A DNA stretch of 34,361 nt from Paraglomus brasilianum. Its lineage: Eukaryota. The notes beneath the pieces are model-generated. The model was not told the origin of the DNA and made no database searches. It was given only the letters and a program-made list of their open reading frames with translations. The stretch's first letter is position 1; each line of letters begins with the position of its first letter. The stretch spans positions 1 to 34,361 of the forward strand of contig CAJVPI010000343.1 in the NCBI GenBank assembly GCA_910592345.1, in the 5' to 3' direction. Both the position numbers and the translations under genes were made by a program. This document shows positions 23,005 through 34,200 of this stretch, piece after piece.

Positions 23005-24180
23005 ATGGCAGTTCCTCAGGCTACAAAAGAATGGATTACTGCGGAAGACGGCGAGAAAATATACACAAAGAAATGGCTGGTAAATATAAAATTGTCGTTG
23101 TGGAAAAACTCCGTCCTCTCTTTCTGCGCTAAATTTTGCGCATGTTATAATAGCCTGCAAACGGATCACCGGTAGCAACTGTGGTCTTCTGCCATGGTTT
23201 CGGTGAACACATAAATCGCTACTGCCACGTATTTGAAAAGTTTGCCGAAGCTGGAATAGAAGTATATGGTTATGACCAACGAGGATTTGGTCGTACTGGC
23301 AAAAAAAATAATAATCTCGGTGTCACTGGCGGATGGGGTATTTCCTGTTCAGACATTACTGATGCACTTAGGAAACAACGTAAACAAGGAATTCCTCAGT
23401 TTCTTATGGGTCATAGTATGGTAAGTAGCCTGCGTGTCTCTTTATTAGAGAATGTTTGGTTTGAATTAACATCACCACGACTAATTATTAATCTAATAGG
23501 GTGGCGGCCTTGTGCTTCACTATGCAACAGTGGGAATGGAAAGAAACAATATATCTGGCGTCATTGCATGCTCCCCGTGGCTGGATCAGCCTCCTGCAAT
23601 AAGAGCAGGATGGATGCAAATGTGGTTGGGTGATATTGGGTCAATCCTCATGCCGAACAGGACCGTATCCCTTTCTGTTGATGCAAAAGGAATCAGTCAT
23701 GTCCCTGAAGTAATAGAGAAATATAAAAATGACAAACTTAACATTTCAAAGCTAGCGATTTCTGGAGGTATGTTCGACACGCATGTCATGTAGGAACCCG
23801 ATGTGGTTAGTCACAAATATGATATAAAACTTCTATTTAGTGATGGAGATTTTACACAATGGTCGGAAAATACGCGATACGGATTATATTAATTTGACAC
23901 AGCCTCTTCTGATGGCGCATGGGACTGATGATCCAATAACATGTTTTCACGCTTCAAAGGAACTTTTTGATAAAGCTCCATCAACTGACAAGAAATTTGA
24001 GCCATGGAAAGGACTATATCATGAACGTAAGTAGGCTATTCTCAACAAACTCTCAACAACAGTATTTGTTTCTAATTTCTAAAACATTGTGCTGTTACAG
24101 TTCACAACGAACATCAACAAGATCAAGTGATCAAATTATACATTAACTGGATATTAGAACGCGCTGGAAAGAGTAATTGA
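23005..24180 (+). CDS. Alpha/beta hydrolase, monoglyceride lipase / lysophospholipase (Hydrolase_4, Yju3-like), 291 aa, 5 exons
   Basis: Exons 23005-23079, 23154-23420, 23500-23767, 23841-24026 and 24101-24180 join in frame. Motifs: HGFGEH, DQRGFGRT, nucleophile GHSMG (split by intron 2), HGTDDPIT, GLYHELHNE. Confidence 0.93.
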
Positions 24181-25529
24181 GTAATAATTGGTGCTATCGG
24201 GAATACAACACAATGGTGGGTAATATATTAAGAGACTAGCGAATGTCATTAATATCAACAATTAACCAGTTACATTTAATATTCTACAGATCCTGTTATC
24301 GCGAACTCGATCACATTATTATTATCATATACATTTATTCAAATTTTTGATTTTTTCCCCTCTATTATAAATAGCAATATATTTATTGTTAAGAGTTTTT
24401 TATCTGTTTTCTTTGTTATCGACTTCAAATTGTTATTTATTATTATTATATATACTAATGAGATTATAGCATCTGATTAAGTTTTAAATATAATAAAAAC
24501 TTTGGTTAATATTCGTGTAGGATAGTTTGTGTGAATTCAGGTTGGTTCAATTGTCCTTAATTTCTAGCCGTCGGAGTTATTTACTTGTGCAGTTCTCATG
24601 TACGAGCTAATACTATTATTATATCGGTTTTTTGCTCAGATTAATAACAACGACGTTCCGGTGGAGAAGTTGTACTTTATCACTGCGTTTTCAAAACTTT
24701 CTCGATTACTAATCTAGAGAACCCAATGTTTAGTTTATTAACGTTATTACGTTAAAATGTTTGCATGTTTATGAAACATGAATTCCATATATCAAAACTA
24801 GCAAAAACTTGTAGTTTAATTTGGCTGCGTGCGGGTAAGTAAGTATAACGTGCGACAGTGAAAATTTTTATAATAATTTCAGCAATATAGATCATAGCCA
24901 GCCTTTAATTGAAATAAATAGAAGACGAATTAGCAATTGGTAAAATAATTCACAGTATGAAATATTTTGTAGTGTGTAATAGAACCAAATGCATGAAGAA
25001 TGTTTATAGACGAGTTTGTCTGATGATGTTATTATTAGCTAAACGGTTTACATTCCACTGCTTACATTAAAAATTCTGTCTGCATATTCACAATCAATGC
25101 AGAAGTTATGTCAGATACAGTATACATTGATTATGTCTACTGTTGCAGTCAGGTCAGTTATCTTCATGAGTCATTCTACATACCAAGAGCTAAACATGAA
25201 GTGACTGATGCATCGGCCATAATGCTTACAATAAGAGTTTACTTTTTTAATTCCTCTGAGAAACCATAAAAGAGCTGTATTTTTTCCTAACGTGTGTAGT
25301 GTTCCGCGTTGAACTTTACTGGCTTTCTTCCCGTAGCATCATAGGCAAATGGAGCTCGCCTTAAAATAGTGAATTAATTTGTTCCAGGACCGTAAATTCG
25401 CAAGTTCCACAACCGTAAAATAAGTAAGAAGCTTCGATTTAACGGCATGGCAGTATAAATGTGTGATGCGGGTGTACCTGAGTAGAATAATTCTGACAGA
25501 ATAGCTTAGTATCTTAATCACATGAAAAG

Positions 25530-25990
25530 CGTAAAAACCGAATATTTGTTAAAATAGAAATAATCAATTAAACAGGTTGGAAGTTTAAGGTTTTCCCAAA
25601 AATAGGGTCTGGCTAAAGCGGAGTAGTTTGTACACCAGAAATTATAATTTTATTGGTTGACATACAGTTTAATCCTGCTTTTAGTCTAGCCCCAAATCTG
25701 CTCATAGTGGTTTTTGGAAAAGCAATTCTTATATTGTTCACAGCCAGCAAATCCAAAAAGTGAAAATATATAACCGAAACCTTAAGAAATTGTACATAAG
25801 TACTGACGTAGATACTGTAAGGGAGATAGAGTTTTTGATTATAATGGATGATATTTAGAGATTAGTTTTTTAGATTAAAGTTAGTAATATATCTGCAGAC
25901 CATCTACGCCCGCCGATATGTGCTCGGGCAGTTGGGAAAACGAGAATAATAGTAAGGGAGGTTATTTGAATTTCTTGACTATTTGAGCCA
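25530..25990 (-). pseudogene. Decayed intronless ORF, possibly bacterial-type hypothetical protein
   Basis: Frame-shifted segments SLNIIHYNQKLYLPYSIYV / GFGYIFSLFGFAGCEQYKNCFSKNHYEQIWG*TKSRIKLYVNQ*NYNFWCTNYSALARPYFWENLKLPTCLIDYFYFNK. No splice sites; family not identified. Confidence 0.35.
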
Positions 25991-27701
25991 TTTTTTTCTG
26001 CTCTCGGTTGTAAGAGAGCGCTAATTATTACAATGAAATGTAGATGTTAAAGGTATTGGAACTAGGCAAATACCGGTTATTAGAATCGGTCCTTATGATT
26101 ATAGTCAAGAAATCCAGCACACTTTTCCAACACTTTTAAAATTCCGGTCTTTTGAATAGTATAATGATCGCTTGGTAAGAAGGAGAGAAGGAAGTTTTTT
26201 TCTAACTCAAACAATGCAATAAAAAGCAGGCCATAACGGCGGTGATACCGTTTTATTTAGGGCAAATGTATACGTCTTTTCTTTTTATTTAATCAGTCAT
26301 CGACAGTTAGACAAATTCAACAAATATCAGCATTGTACTTCTGTCGTTAAAACAAACATACGATTTTATTTCGTGAACGTGAAATGTCGTACTATTTGTC
26401 TGTCGTGCTATTTGTTAGATTATCTGTTAGAATAATTACGTTTATTGCATTTGCCAATTGAAAGTTTAATCTAACAAGGATATTAGATATGGACGTAAAT
26501 TTGCGTCCTGTAAAGGATTCATCTAATATTAGCATTGTCCTGAAAGTATACACCCGAAGCTGAACGAGAAGCTAAATTGTGGGATTGGCTGTTGGGAACT
26601 GAACAGCTTGACCTAACAATCAATCAAATCGATCTTAACCCGAACCAGATGTTCATCGTACAATAATTTTAATAAAGTTATATGTCACTGACTTGATCGG
26701 TTATACATAGAATATAAAGTCGAAACAAATGCATATTGCGTTAGAACTATACGTTTATTTCAGCCTAATATGTAGATTCTAATATGAAATAAAAAACGAC
26801 TAGCTATACATGAGTAATGAAGATCCTTACGATCAATGCGTTTAATAAATATCTTGTATGTTCGCTGAGTTTTTCTTTTCCTTTTTTTGAAGTCTAGTAC
26901 AAGTCACTATAACAATAATATGACGTCCGGAATTTTCGCTGGTCATAATCATGATGATCACCTTATATTATATATGGGAATATACTGTGCGACGTTAAAA
27001 GTGTTGGAAAAGTGTGTTGGATTTCTTGACTATAATGTCCTTATGCATTACAAAGTCATGAACGCAAGATGTGACACAGAATGAATTTAATAAATGCAAT
27101 GTTATTAATCTAGAGAATATCACTTTCAATCATATATATGATTATAATTAGTACTCGGGCTAACAATAACAATCAACAAATGATCTGCACAAATATTCGG
27201 GGTTCGAATTCGAAATCCAGCCCCTATCACTATATTAATCAACTTTAAACTGTTGTAGTGAATTGTTTTACTAATGTACTTGAGGTAAGATACGTAGAAA
27301 AATCTTATTTTGTGTAACCAGGCCATTAATCTAAAATAACGTTTTATCTCTCCTTGATAGCGCATTCATCGATAGACACAATTCATCTTCAGGCTAGGAG
27401 CTTTTTCGAATGCATATACAATGTCCATACTTCTCATACATGAAGTTTTTTTCTTGCTGATCACTTTCAATAGTAATAGTAAAGGCAAATCGCTAAAAAA
27501 GCAGGCTACGCTACACTCATAGACTGCAACACCTGACTATAAAACGCCACTATTTTTTGATTTTGCTATAAAAAAGGGATAAAAAGTTTTACATATGCAA
27601 ACTTATGATTTTATATTCAAAATTTGAAATTTACTGTTGAACCTTGCCCCTTGTTAATTTCTTAAACGATTTATTTCTTTTTCTTGCTCCCCATTAATCT
27701 C

Positions 27702-27866
27702 TCGAATGCCGAAATTTATGGCGGCTTAGCAAAGTCCTGAGATTTAGGCCCTTATGGAGCAGAATTAAAAAGAAATTTAAAAAATCTCTGGTGAAGGTAT
27801 TTTATCACCTCTAGTCCTTATAATATTGGCTGCGATAGTCAAGTAATTACCCATCCTCAAGTTTTC
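27702..27866 (+). pseudogene. glyQS: N-terminal fragment of alpha2-type glycyl-tRNA synthetase, genetic code 4
   Basis: Translates as SNAEIYGGLAKS[TGA]DLGPYGAELKRNLKNLW[TGA]RYFITSSPYNIGCDSQVITHPQVF, matching the consensus SSEIYGGLANxWDYGPLGxELKxNIKxxWWxxFV...GLDSxIxxHPxV. Both TGAs (27738-40, 27792-94) fall on conserved Trp positions. Confidence 0.93.
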
Positions 27867-28063
27867 CGCACAAGAGTCGATTTACCCAAAAGAATGCACG
27901 TTAAAATTTTGATCCTTAGTGAAAATGTCTAAGTTTTAGATTTTTTTTCAAGTAAACTAATTTAATCAGGGGTAGAGAAAATAGATTTCCGAGACTAGAA
28001 ACTGGTTTATATTTTTATACCGCAATAACTTTCAAAGAAAGCGAGGAACAACGACAAACAGAG

Positions 28064-28438
28064 TTACAACATGCCAAAAACGAAATCGCAAGAAAAAATG
28101 ACGAAGTGGTTAGTAGTTCCATCCTTAAGCCAAAATACTAACTTATACTTTTCCTCTCCAAACGGAATTCTTTTTAAAACATAATGGTCTCTTTTCCAGG
28201 TCGGTTTTTTCTTAGGTTCTGGTTCAGCATCCTTTCCGTTTAATTTTTCTTTAAAAATACTTAAAATTAGTTCTTTGGTAATTCCCTCTCTGCCTTTTTT
28301 ATCTTTCCAAGTGTAGTCGGTAATGGTTAAGTAGTTAATTTCCAGTTCGTTAAAAGTAAAGTTAAAGTTGATGGAGTAAGTTCAGCGTCATTCGTTATCA
28401 ATTTCCTTTTCCTCAATTAAACTAAACAGTTCGGACAT
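28064..28438 (-). CDS. Small bacterial ORF, open only in code 4 (124 aa); putative toxin partner of the adjacent HTH gene, 3' end probably replaced at a junction near 28103
   Basis: MSELFSLIEEKEIDNE[W]R[W]TYSINFNFTFNELEINYLTITDYTWKDKKGREGITKELILSIFKEKLNGKDAEPEPKKKPTWKRDHYVLKRIPFGEEKYKLVFWLKDGTTNH... Codons 17 and 19 are TGA, and the ATG overlaps the HTH gene end by 17 nt. Confidence 0.7.
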
Positions 28439-28806
28439 GTATTTTTTTATCAATTTCTTTAATGGTGATTTTTACTTCACAAGGAGAAAACAATTTATTG
28501 GTATAATCCATTAGTCGGTCCAAAGTAAAATGTTCCAGACGACAGTATAAAATGTCTTCAGTTTCCGCTTGGCTTAACTGGATTTTTTTAGCAAATTCCT
28601 CGGTGGTTAATTTATTATTTCGCTTATATCTGATTACTTTTTGACAAATCTCGTATTTAGCCTGTTCCAAAGGGGTAGGATTTTCGGGCAAAGTCCAAGA
28701 ACCTCCCTGATAATTAGGGTCTTCTAACTCCTCTAAATATTTTTGATATTCCTCTTTTTGAGAAAGTTCCTCGGAAAGAGTGTGTTTTTTTTTTATTACT
28801 CTTCAT
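28422..28806 (-). CDS. XRE-family helix-turn-helix protein (putative antitoxin/regulator), with a +1 frameshift in an A10 run near the start
   Basis: With A9 instead of A10 (T-run 28785-28794 on +) it reads MKSNKKKHTLSEELSQKEEYQKYLEELEDPNYQGGSWTLPENPTPLEQAKYEICQKVIRYKRNNKLTTEEFAKKIQLSQAETEDILYCRLEHFTLDRLMDYTNKL... The LTxEEFAKKIxLSxxExxxI....FTLDRL pattern is typical of XRE/HTH_37 domains. Confidence 0.85.
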
Positions 28807-28815
28807 ATCTATTAA

Positions 28816-29049
28816 CTATTTTTTATAGTTTTCTAATTCGGTTTGTACTTTTTTTTTTTGCTCTTGGTAATAAATTAATTTCTTTTTTTCTTCTGCTACT
28901 AATTGAGGAGGTGCTTTTTTGAGAAAATCACTGTTTGCTAGTAGTCTTTTACTTCTTTGACATTCTGATTCGTATAGTTTTAATTGCTTTTCTAAATCTT
29001 TTTTATCAATTTTTTCACGATATCATAAAATTCCAAAAGGTTGTAAAAA
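28816..29049 (-). pseudogene. valS: 3' end of bacterial valyl-tRNA synthetase (C-terminal coiled-coil arm)
   Basis: LQPFGIL[TGA]YREKIDKKDLEKQLKLYESECQRSKRLLANSDFLKKAPPQLVAEEKKKLIYYQEQKKKVQTELENYKK-TAG matches the ValRS C-terminal motif ExxRSxxxLxNxxFxxKAPxxxVxxExxKL. It ends 9 nt before the HTH ATG. Confidence 0.88.
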
Positions 29050-29283
29050 GTGTCACTTACGAATATGTTTAATTTTATACAGTAATAAAGCTACTGTATA
29101 TATATTTATTGTGATGCTAAAGTCCACATGTTTGATTTCTATTACCTAATTGTCGTGGGCCCATTATCTGAAATTATGTTTATTGTCACAGATACATATT
29201 ACCTTTTCAGAGAAGCAAACTATCATAACCACCCATGAATAGCCCAATTTAGTAATATTCGGCGAAATTGGACAATAAGTACA

Positions 29284-29890
29284 TAGTAAAACTCGATAAG
29301 TCGGGGTGGGCATGGTTGTCCGACTTATCGAGGAATCCGAGTTTATCGAGGGACCAATAGGATTCATCGTAACATAATTTCCTTTAATGTTATATTTCAG
29401 TATTTATAAGATTATCGGTTATTCAATACAGCAATAACGTAAATTTTATTTTAATAAACAGATAAAGAACGAAAGATTGTTATTACTATCGCTTGTTTAA
29501 ACAAATGTTCCTTCCGCATTCATAATTATTTATAGCTTTAACTTTGGTCTTTATTAAAGAATTCTGAAGGCTGGGACATTAGCCTTTTTCTGAAATAAAT
29601 AAACACGTTGTTTCGAAATGCAAATAATCGTAGAATGATATCATCAATGAATATCTTATGACGTATAATACATTACAAGAACGTCTTTCTAAATCGTCAA
29701 ATAAAATAGCAAAATCATCAATGACATAACGAGGTACAAACATTTTCTTTAAATTACACATAGCAAAAATCTTCTGCCGATCTTTGTGTAATCACGTGAA
29801 TCCGACTTACCCGAGAGTCATTTTAAATATGAAAAAAGGGGTGAGAGATTTTGTCCGACTTAAGCCAAATCCGACTTATTGAGTATAGCA
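29284..29890. mobile_element. Degenerate pogo-like TIR element / MITE
   Basis: Left end TAGTAAAACTCGATAAGTCGG pairs with right CCGACTTATTGAGT. The motif TCCGACTTA is reiterated near both ends; the termini are eroded. Confidence 0.6.
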
Positions 29891-30507
29891 CAGTCATCTC
29901 TACTTTTGCACGGACCGATGTCTTATAAAATGATTATCTGTGCTTTGCCATTTTCAACCACCATAAATGATCAATATAAAGGGAGCGAATGAAGTGATCG
30001 TCAAATCCGGAATTAGCTCTGCATAAATCTGCCAATCAGAAATTACGATAGGTAAACTAGATAAGTATTATACGTACAAAGCCTATCTAACATTTCAATA
30101 TTGTTATAGCTCTTACTAAACTTCAAACTTGGCGCTGACTATTTAAAGAGTCTGTGCACACTGTAGTTCAAATATCGATGTTCCAAAACTAACATCGGGT
30201 TTGGAATGTTCAATAACTTTGTTCCAATCAAGAGATTGACAATCTCGGTGGAATTTCCTGATTTAGCGTTGAATTTATATTTAATATTAGTCATATACTC
30301 AATATACTCTTCATCAATTATACTATCAAAACCACATGCTGTTAATCAACACCAGGCATACTCTTCGTCATATTTTCTCATTGGGAATTACCATAATAAG
30401 TATTCCGTTGAGAACTGTTGTTTCAGAATTTCAGGATCAGCACGCTGTATGTATATATATATGACATTTGTATGGACAAAGTTTCAGGAAAAGAATTTTA
30501 TTTTACA

Positions 30508-30703
30508 ATGAAGTACTTCATCTGGTTTATTGTTATTGCACTTTACGCGTTACCTCTCACTCAAGGTAAACTTTTTTTTTAATTTTTACCTTTTCTTTTT
30601 CCCACTAATTATTTGACGCTTTTTATTGGTAGCTGAACTCCACAAACGTCCCAATGAGGGTGGTGGTGGTTGTGGCGGTGGTGACTGTTGTAATTGCAAG
30701 TAA
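30508..30703 (+). CDS. Small secreted Gly/Cys-rich peptide precursor, 42 aa, 2 coding exons
   Basis: Exons 30508-30565 and 30633-30703, separated by a 67-nt GT-AG intron with a CTAAT branch site, give MKYFIWFIVIALYALPLTQA-ELHKR-PNEGGGGCGGGDCCNCK. A further GTAAGT...CAG intron lies at 30707-30780 and AATAAA near 30978. Confidence 0.75.
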
Positions 30704-32581
30704 AGAGTAAGTATTTATAAAATACGCAAAATTTTTTTATTCTTTATTAGTTTTTGATGGTCTCTTGTATTTGAAAACAGCAGAACAATACCTTAGCGAC
30801 ATCAACAGCACAACAGCGACGATGATGGCGACTAATAGCGACATCGATTATAAATGATGGTTGCATTGTTTAACTAGATTATGAATTTGCCTGGCTTCGT
30901 CAGGCAAGCTTGATATTAGTATTTTTATTATTTTCATGCAAAAATGAACATTGTTTTCCTCTTGCTTTAATTATTATAATAAAGGTAATTGTAACATTCG
31001 ACATTGAATGAAATATTGACTTTACAACCGTCTCGCTGAAGATGGAAAACAATGGATGAATGTATTAAAAAGAAAATATTCAACGTCAAAGTACATTTCA
31101 AGTAACTCAAAATTGGCCCGTGGTCAAAGAAAGCCCCCGACTATTCAAAAATAATAACGAAGAAAAAGTTGGACAGTCGACAAATGGATGAAGAAATCTT
31201 AAGAAGGATAGATTTAAGAATTACGGAAGAGGAGGGATAGACAGTCTCATCTATTTTATTTTCTAATTGTTTAATTGCTTTTTATATAATAACTTTAAAT
31301 AAAGGTTATTTTCATTCGTAAACTATGCCTTTTAGTTTATGTTTTAGCATCTCTCAAGTATTGGACATTTACAACCCAGGCTACGTTGCAATACATCGTT
31401 AAGTATGCCACTTTAAACATTGTAACAATTTGTTGTTTTGCTTTGCTAGACGAATCCTCTCGACTCACCAACCAAGATTATGTGTGGGTATTTCTGACGA
31501 AATAAATACCAATCAGTTGAAATGTGAGTGAGCAAGTTTGAGTTCACGATCCTATATCTAGCAGGTTTGTTTTTAATAACAATTACGCAGTTATAGTCAT
31601 ATGATTACAAGGGTAGCTAGTGATCGACGGATAGTTAAATTATTATGTTTTACAATCAATCAAGAATCAAGTGTATTCGGTTCAAACAGCTACAGCTGTA
31701 GCTTGTAGGGGATAATTTCACATGTTTTGCTCATTGATATTTTCAACAACCCGTTGTCGTTAGTATTCTCAATGTTGGAATGTCCTTATTATTTATTTCC
31801 ATTTGCTCAAGTTCACAAATTACTCCTCGGATGTTGTGCAAACACAAGACGGCATGGTGAATCATTAATGGCTTGATAAACTGTGTATTTATTGCCACTA
31901 TAAGTACGTATGTAATTAATTATAACACATATTTTTTAATCATTAAAGATTGTTTACATACAGCATCACAAGCAGATAATTTTAGCCACAAACTTCTTGT
32001 CACGGACTGCAAGATTGTTAGGAGACCCAAAATTTGGAAAGAAAACCTACGACGTATATAGCTTGTTTTTCGAGGCGGTTACCCATGAAAATTGTGTAAC
32101 ATGGTCTCTTCGTATGTAATGCATTTGTATTCACTATTTTGACGACTTCTCATATCAATAAGATCGACCTGTGTTTCATTGTAAAAAGAGAAAAGATAGT
32201 TAGCTATTTTTACTTATACACAGCCTAGGAATTCGTTTGCTATGATAAGTCTTGCCGATCTGTCTTTCTGAGCGGACGTCTAGTTATCAATTACTACTTG
32301 TACTCACAAACTTGACAACTAGTATTCAAGGGACGTAGCTGTATTGCCGATTATCTACAAATTGAAATAAGTATTATGTGGAATTATTTATTAAGAATTG
32401 CTTGGCATTTATAAATCCGTTAGATTCCATATCACTATAATCGAGTAAGTGCATATATATATACTGAGGACTACGCTTGAATATCAATAAGTAGAACATT
32501 GCGAGTAGTTGCTCTTCCCCTTAATTTTTTTGTACCTTCAAAAAACAGAAGGTAGGATGTAATTAGAATAAAGTTCACTTA

Positions 32582-32800
32582 CTCTCGTATCTCTTTATTA
32601 GGGTTTTTGTTGAGGATATTGAGGATATTTTTAACAATTTTCCCAAAATTGCTTCGCAAAGGCCTTCTGGATCAAGGGTCGTCTTCCAAGTAGTTTCTTC
32701 CATTTTTAATCAGCTGTCTAACTGTGCATAATATTAGTGCATTATGTGTACAAGACTTCATTAATATTGCATTAATTTTACTAACATCTATCGCGTCTGG
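32582..32800 (-). mobile_element. Mariner transposase N-terminal (HTH) relic
   Basis: DVSKINAILMKSCTHNALILCTVRQLIKNGRNYLEDDP*SRRPLRSNFGKIVKNILNILNKNPNKEIRE resembles the mariner pattern TVRRW..F.NGR.SLEDDPRSGRP. The stop at 32672-74 replaces Arg, consistent with CGA>TGA. Confidence 0.65.
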
Positions 32801-33229
32801 CCATTTCAACAGATTTGTAGAAATCGGTATTGTTCATGTGAAATTCGAGCCAGTGGTTTCGATGAACAAACTTTGAACAAAGATATCTCAACAACCGTCT
32901 ATTTACAACAATGATTTGGTTTGAAGATCAGAACTTGAGCTTTTATTTGATTAGTAAGCCCGTAAAACGGGAGGCATGTGGCAAGAACTTTTTGATCCTC
33001 TCGGATTGTAACTTATTGAAGCCGGCGCTCATCCAGCACGTCATGTATGACACAGATTATATCATCGTATTCTCTTTAACACACGCAGAGTTTTTTACAT
33101 TCTTTAGTAATTTCGCCAATATGCATCACAGTGAATGTATGCTGTATCCAGTGTTTAAACTTCGGATTTGCACCCACATTTGAACCATCAAGAATTTCGA
33201 TTGCCTGGATTGCAATTTTCTATGCAGTT

Positions 33230-34200
33230 GAAGACCTATGGAATTGCAATGAGAGAAAACCAATTCATAGTATTAAAGATCAACAAAATTAAGTGCTCTT
33301 TCACATTTCTCCTCCTAGTGTAGTAGAACTCAGTATTTTCAGTATTCCAAGGTTGAACCATTAGCATCACACCTGAGAAATATGTTTAAAAACTGTATGT
33401 GCCTGGTACAAATGTTTTGGCTGATGAAATGATTGCAAGATTTCTGGTAGAAGTATACATAAGTCCAATACCAAATGGATACAAAATTGTGATGCTGGTT
33501 ATACATGGACCTTCACATTCACATCATGAATTGAGAAGAATAGACAAATTACTGGACTTTGGGTGTTTGGTATGGCATTTAGTACACCAGCTTCCTAAAA
33601 CTGAATCCTATGATGTGTATATGGATAATTACTTTTCTAGCATTGCACTTTTCAAGTATATGTGTGATAATGGTTATGAAGCTTGTGGGACTGCTTGTTA
33701 AATTATGCCAAGAGTTAAAACTTGGCAAATTAAAATACCAACATTTGGATTGGAATACGTTGTTAGGAAAGGTATTAGAAAATGGGTTGGCCATATTATG
33801 GATTGACAATGGCCCAGTAATTATGTTACCTACAATCCATAATATTGGTAAAGAATGGACTGTGACACATGAGCATTGTAGACTGAGAGAAACTAGTTCT
33901 AATGCAAATACTGTTTGTTGAGTCTTCAGGAATCTTTCCAGGAAAGCATTAGAGATTTCCAAGATTATTATGACTATAATCATTATATGGGTGGTGTGGA
34001 CATTGCAGACCAACTGATATATGAGAGGGTATTACAATTGTCAGTTAACAGTTTGCAGAACATGGTTTCCCTTGTTTTTCTGGTCATTAGATACTACACT
34101 TGTTAATTGCTTTAAACTTTATTGTAAAGTCACTGACCAGAAAGTTGCAAGCAAATAATTTAGACTTGATCTGGCATGGGATCTGATAAACAGTACTGTG
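33230..34200 (+). mobile_element. piggyBac-family transposase pseudogene (DDE_Tnp_1_7)
   Basis: Frameshifted motifs KVEPLASHLR, PGTNVLADEMIARF, PIPNGYKI, VYMDNYFSSIALF, ACGT, WIDNGPVIML, YNHYMGGVDIADQL and WFPLFFWSLDTTLVN. Confidence 0.92.

Noticed and set aside
15791..25127. Shared 14-mer ATACAGTATACATT at ~15791 and ~25114
   Set aside because: Short AT-rich match with no extended homology; it does not convincingly delimit an element.
27700..29050. Mitochondrial origin (true NUMT) for the TGA=Trp fragments
   Set aside because: Fungal mitochondrial genomes do not encode GlyRS, ValRS, XRE regulators or R-M methyltransferases.
32672..32674. In-frame TGA in the mariner relic as more code-4 evidence
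   Set aside because: It aligns to the conserved Arg of EDDPRSGRP, so it is best explained as CGA>TGA deamination.
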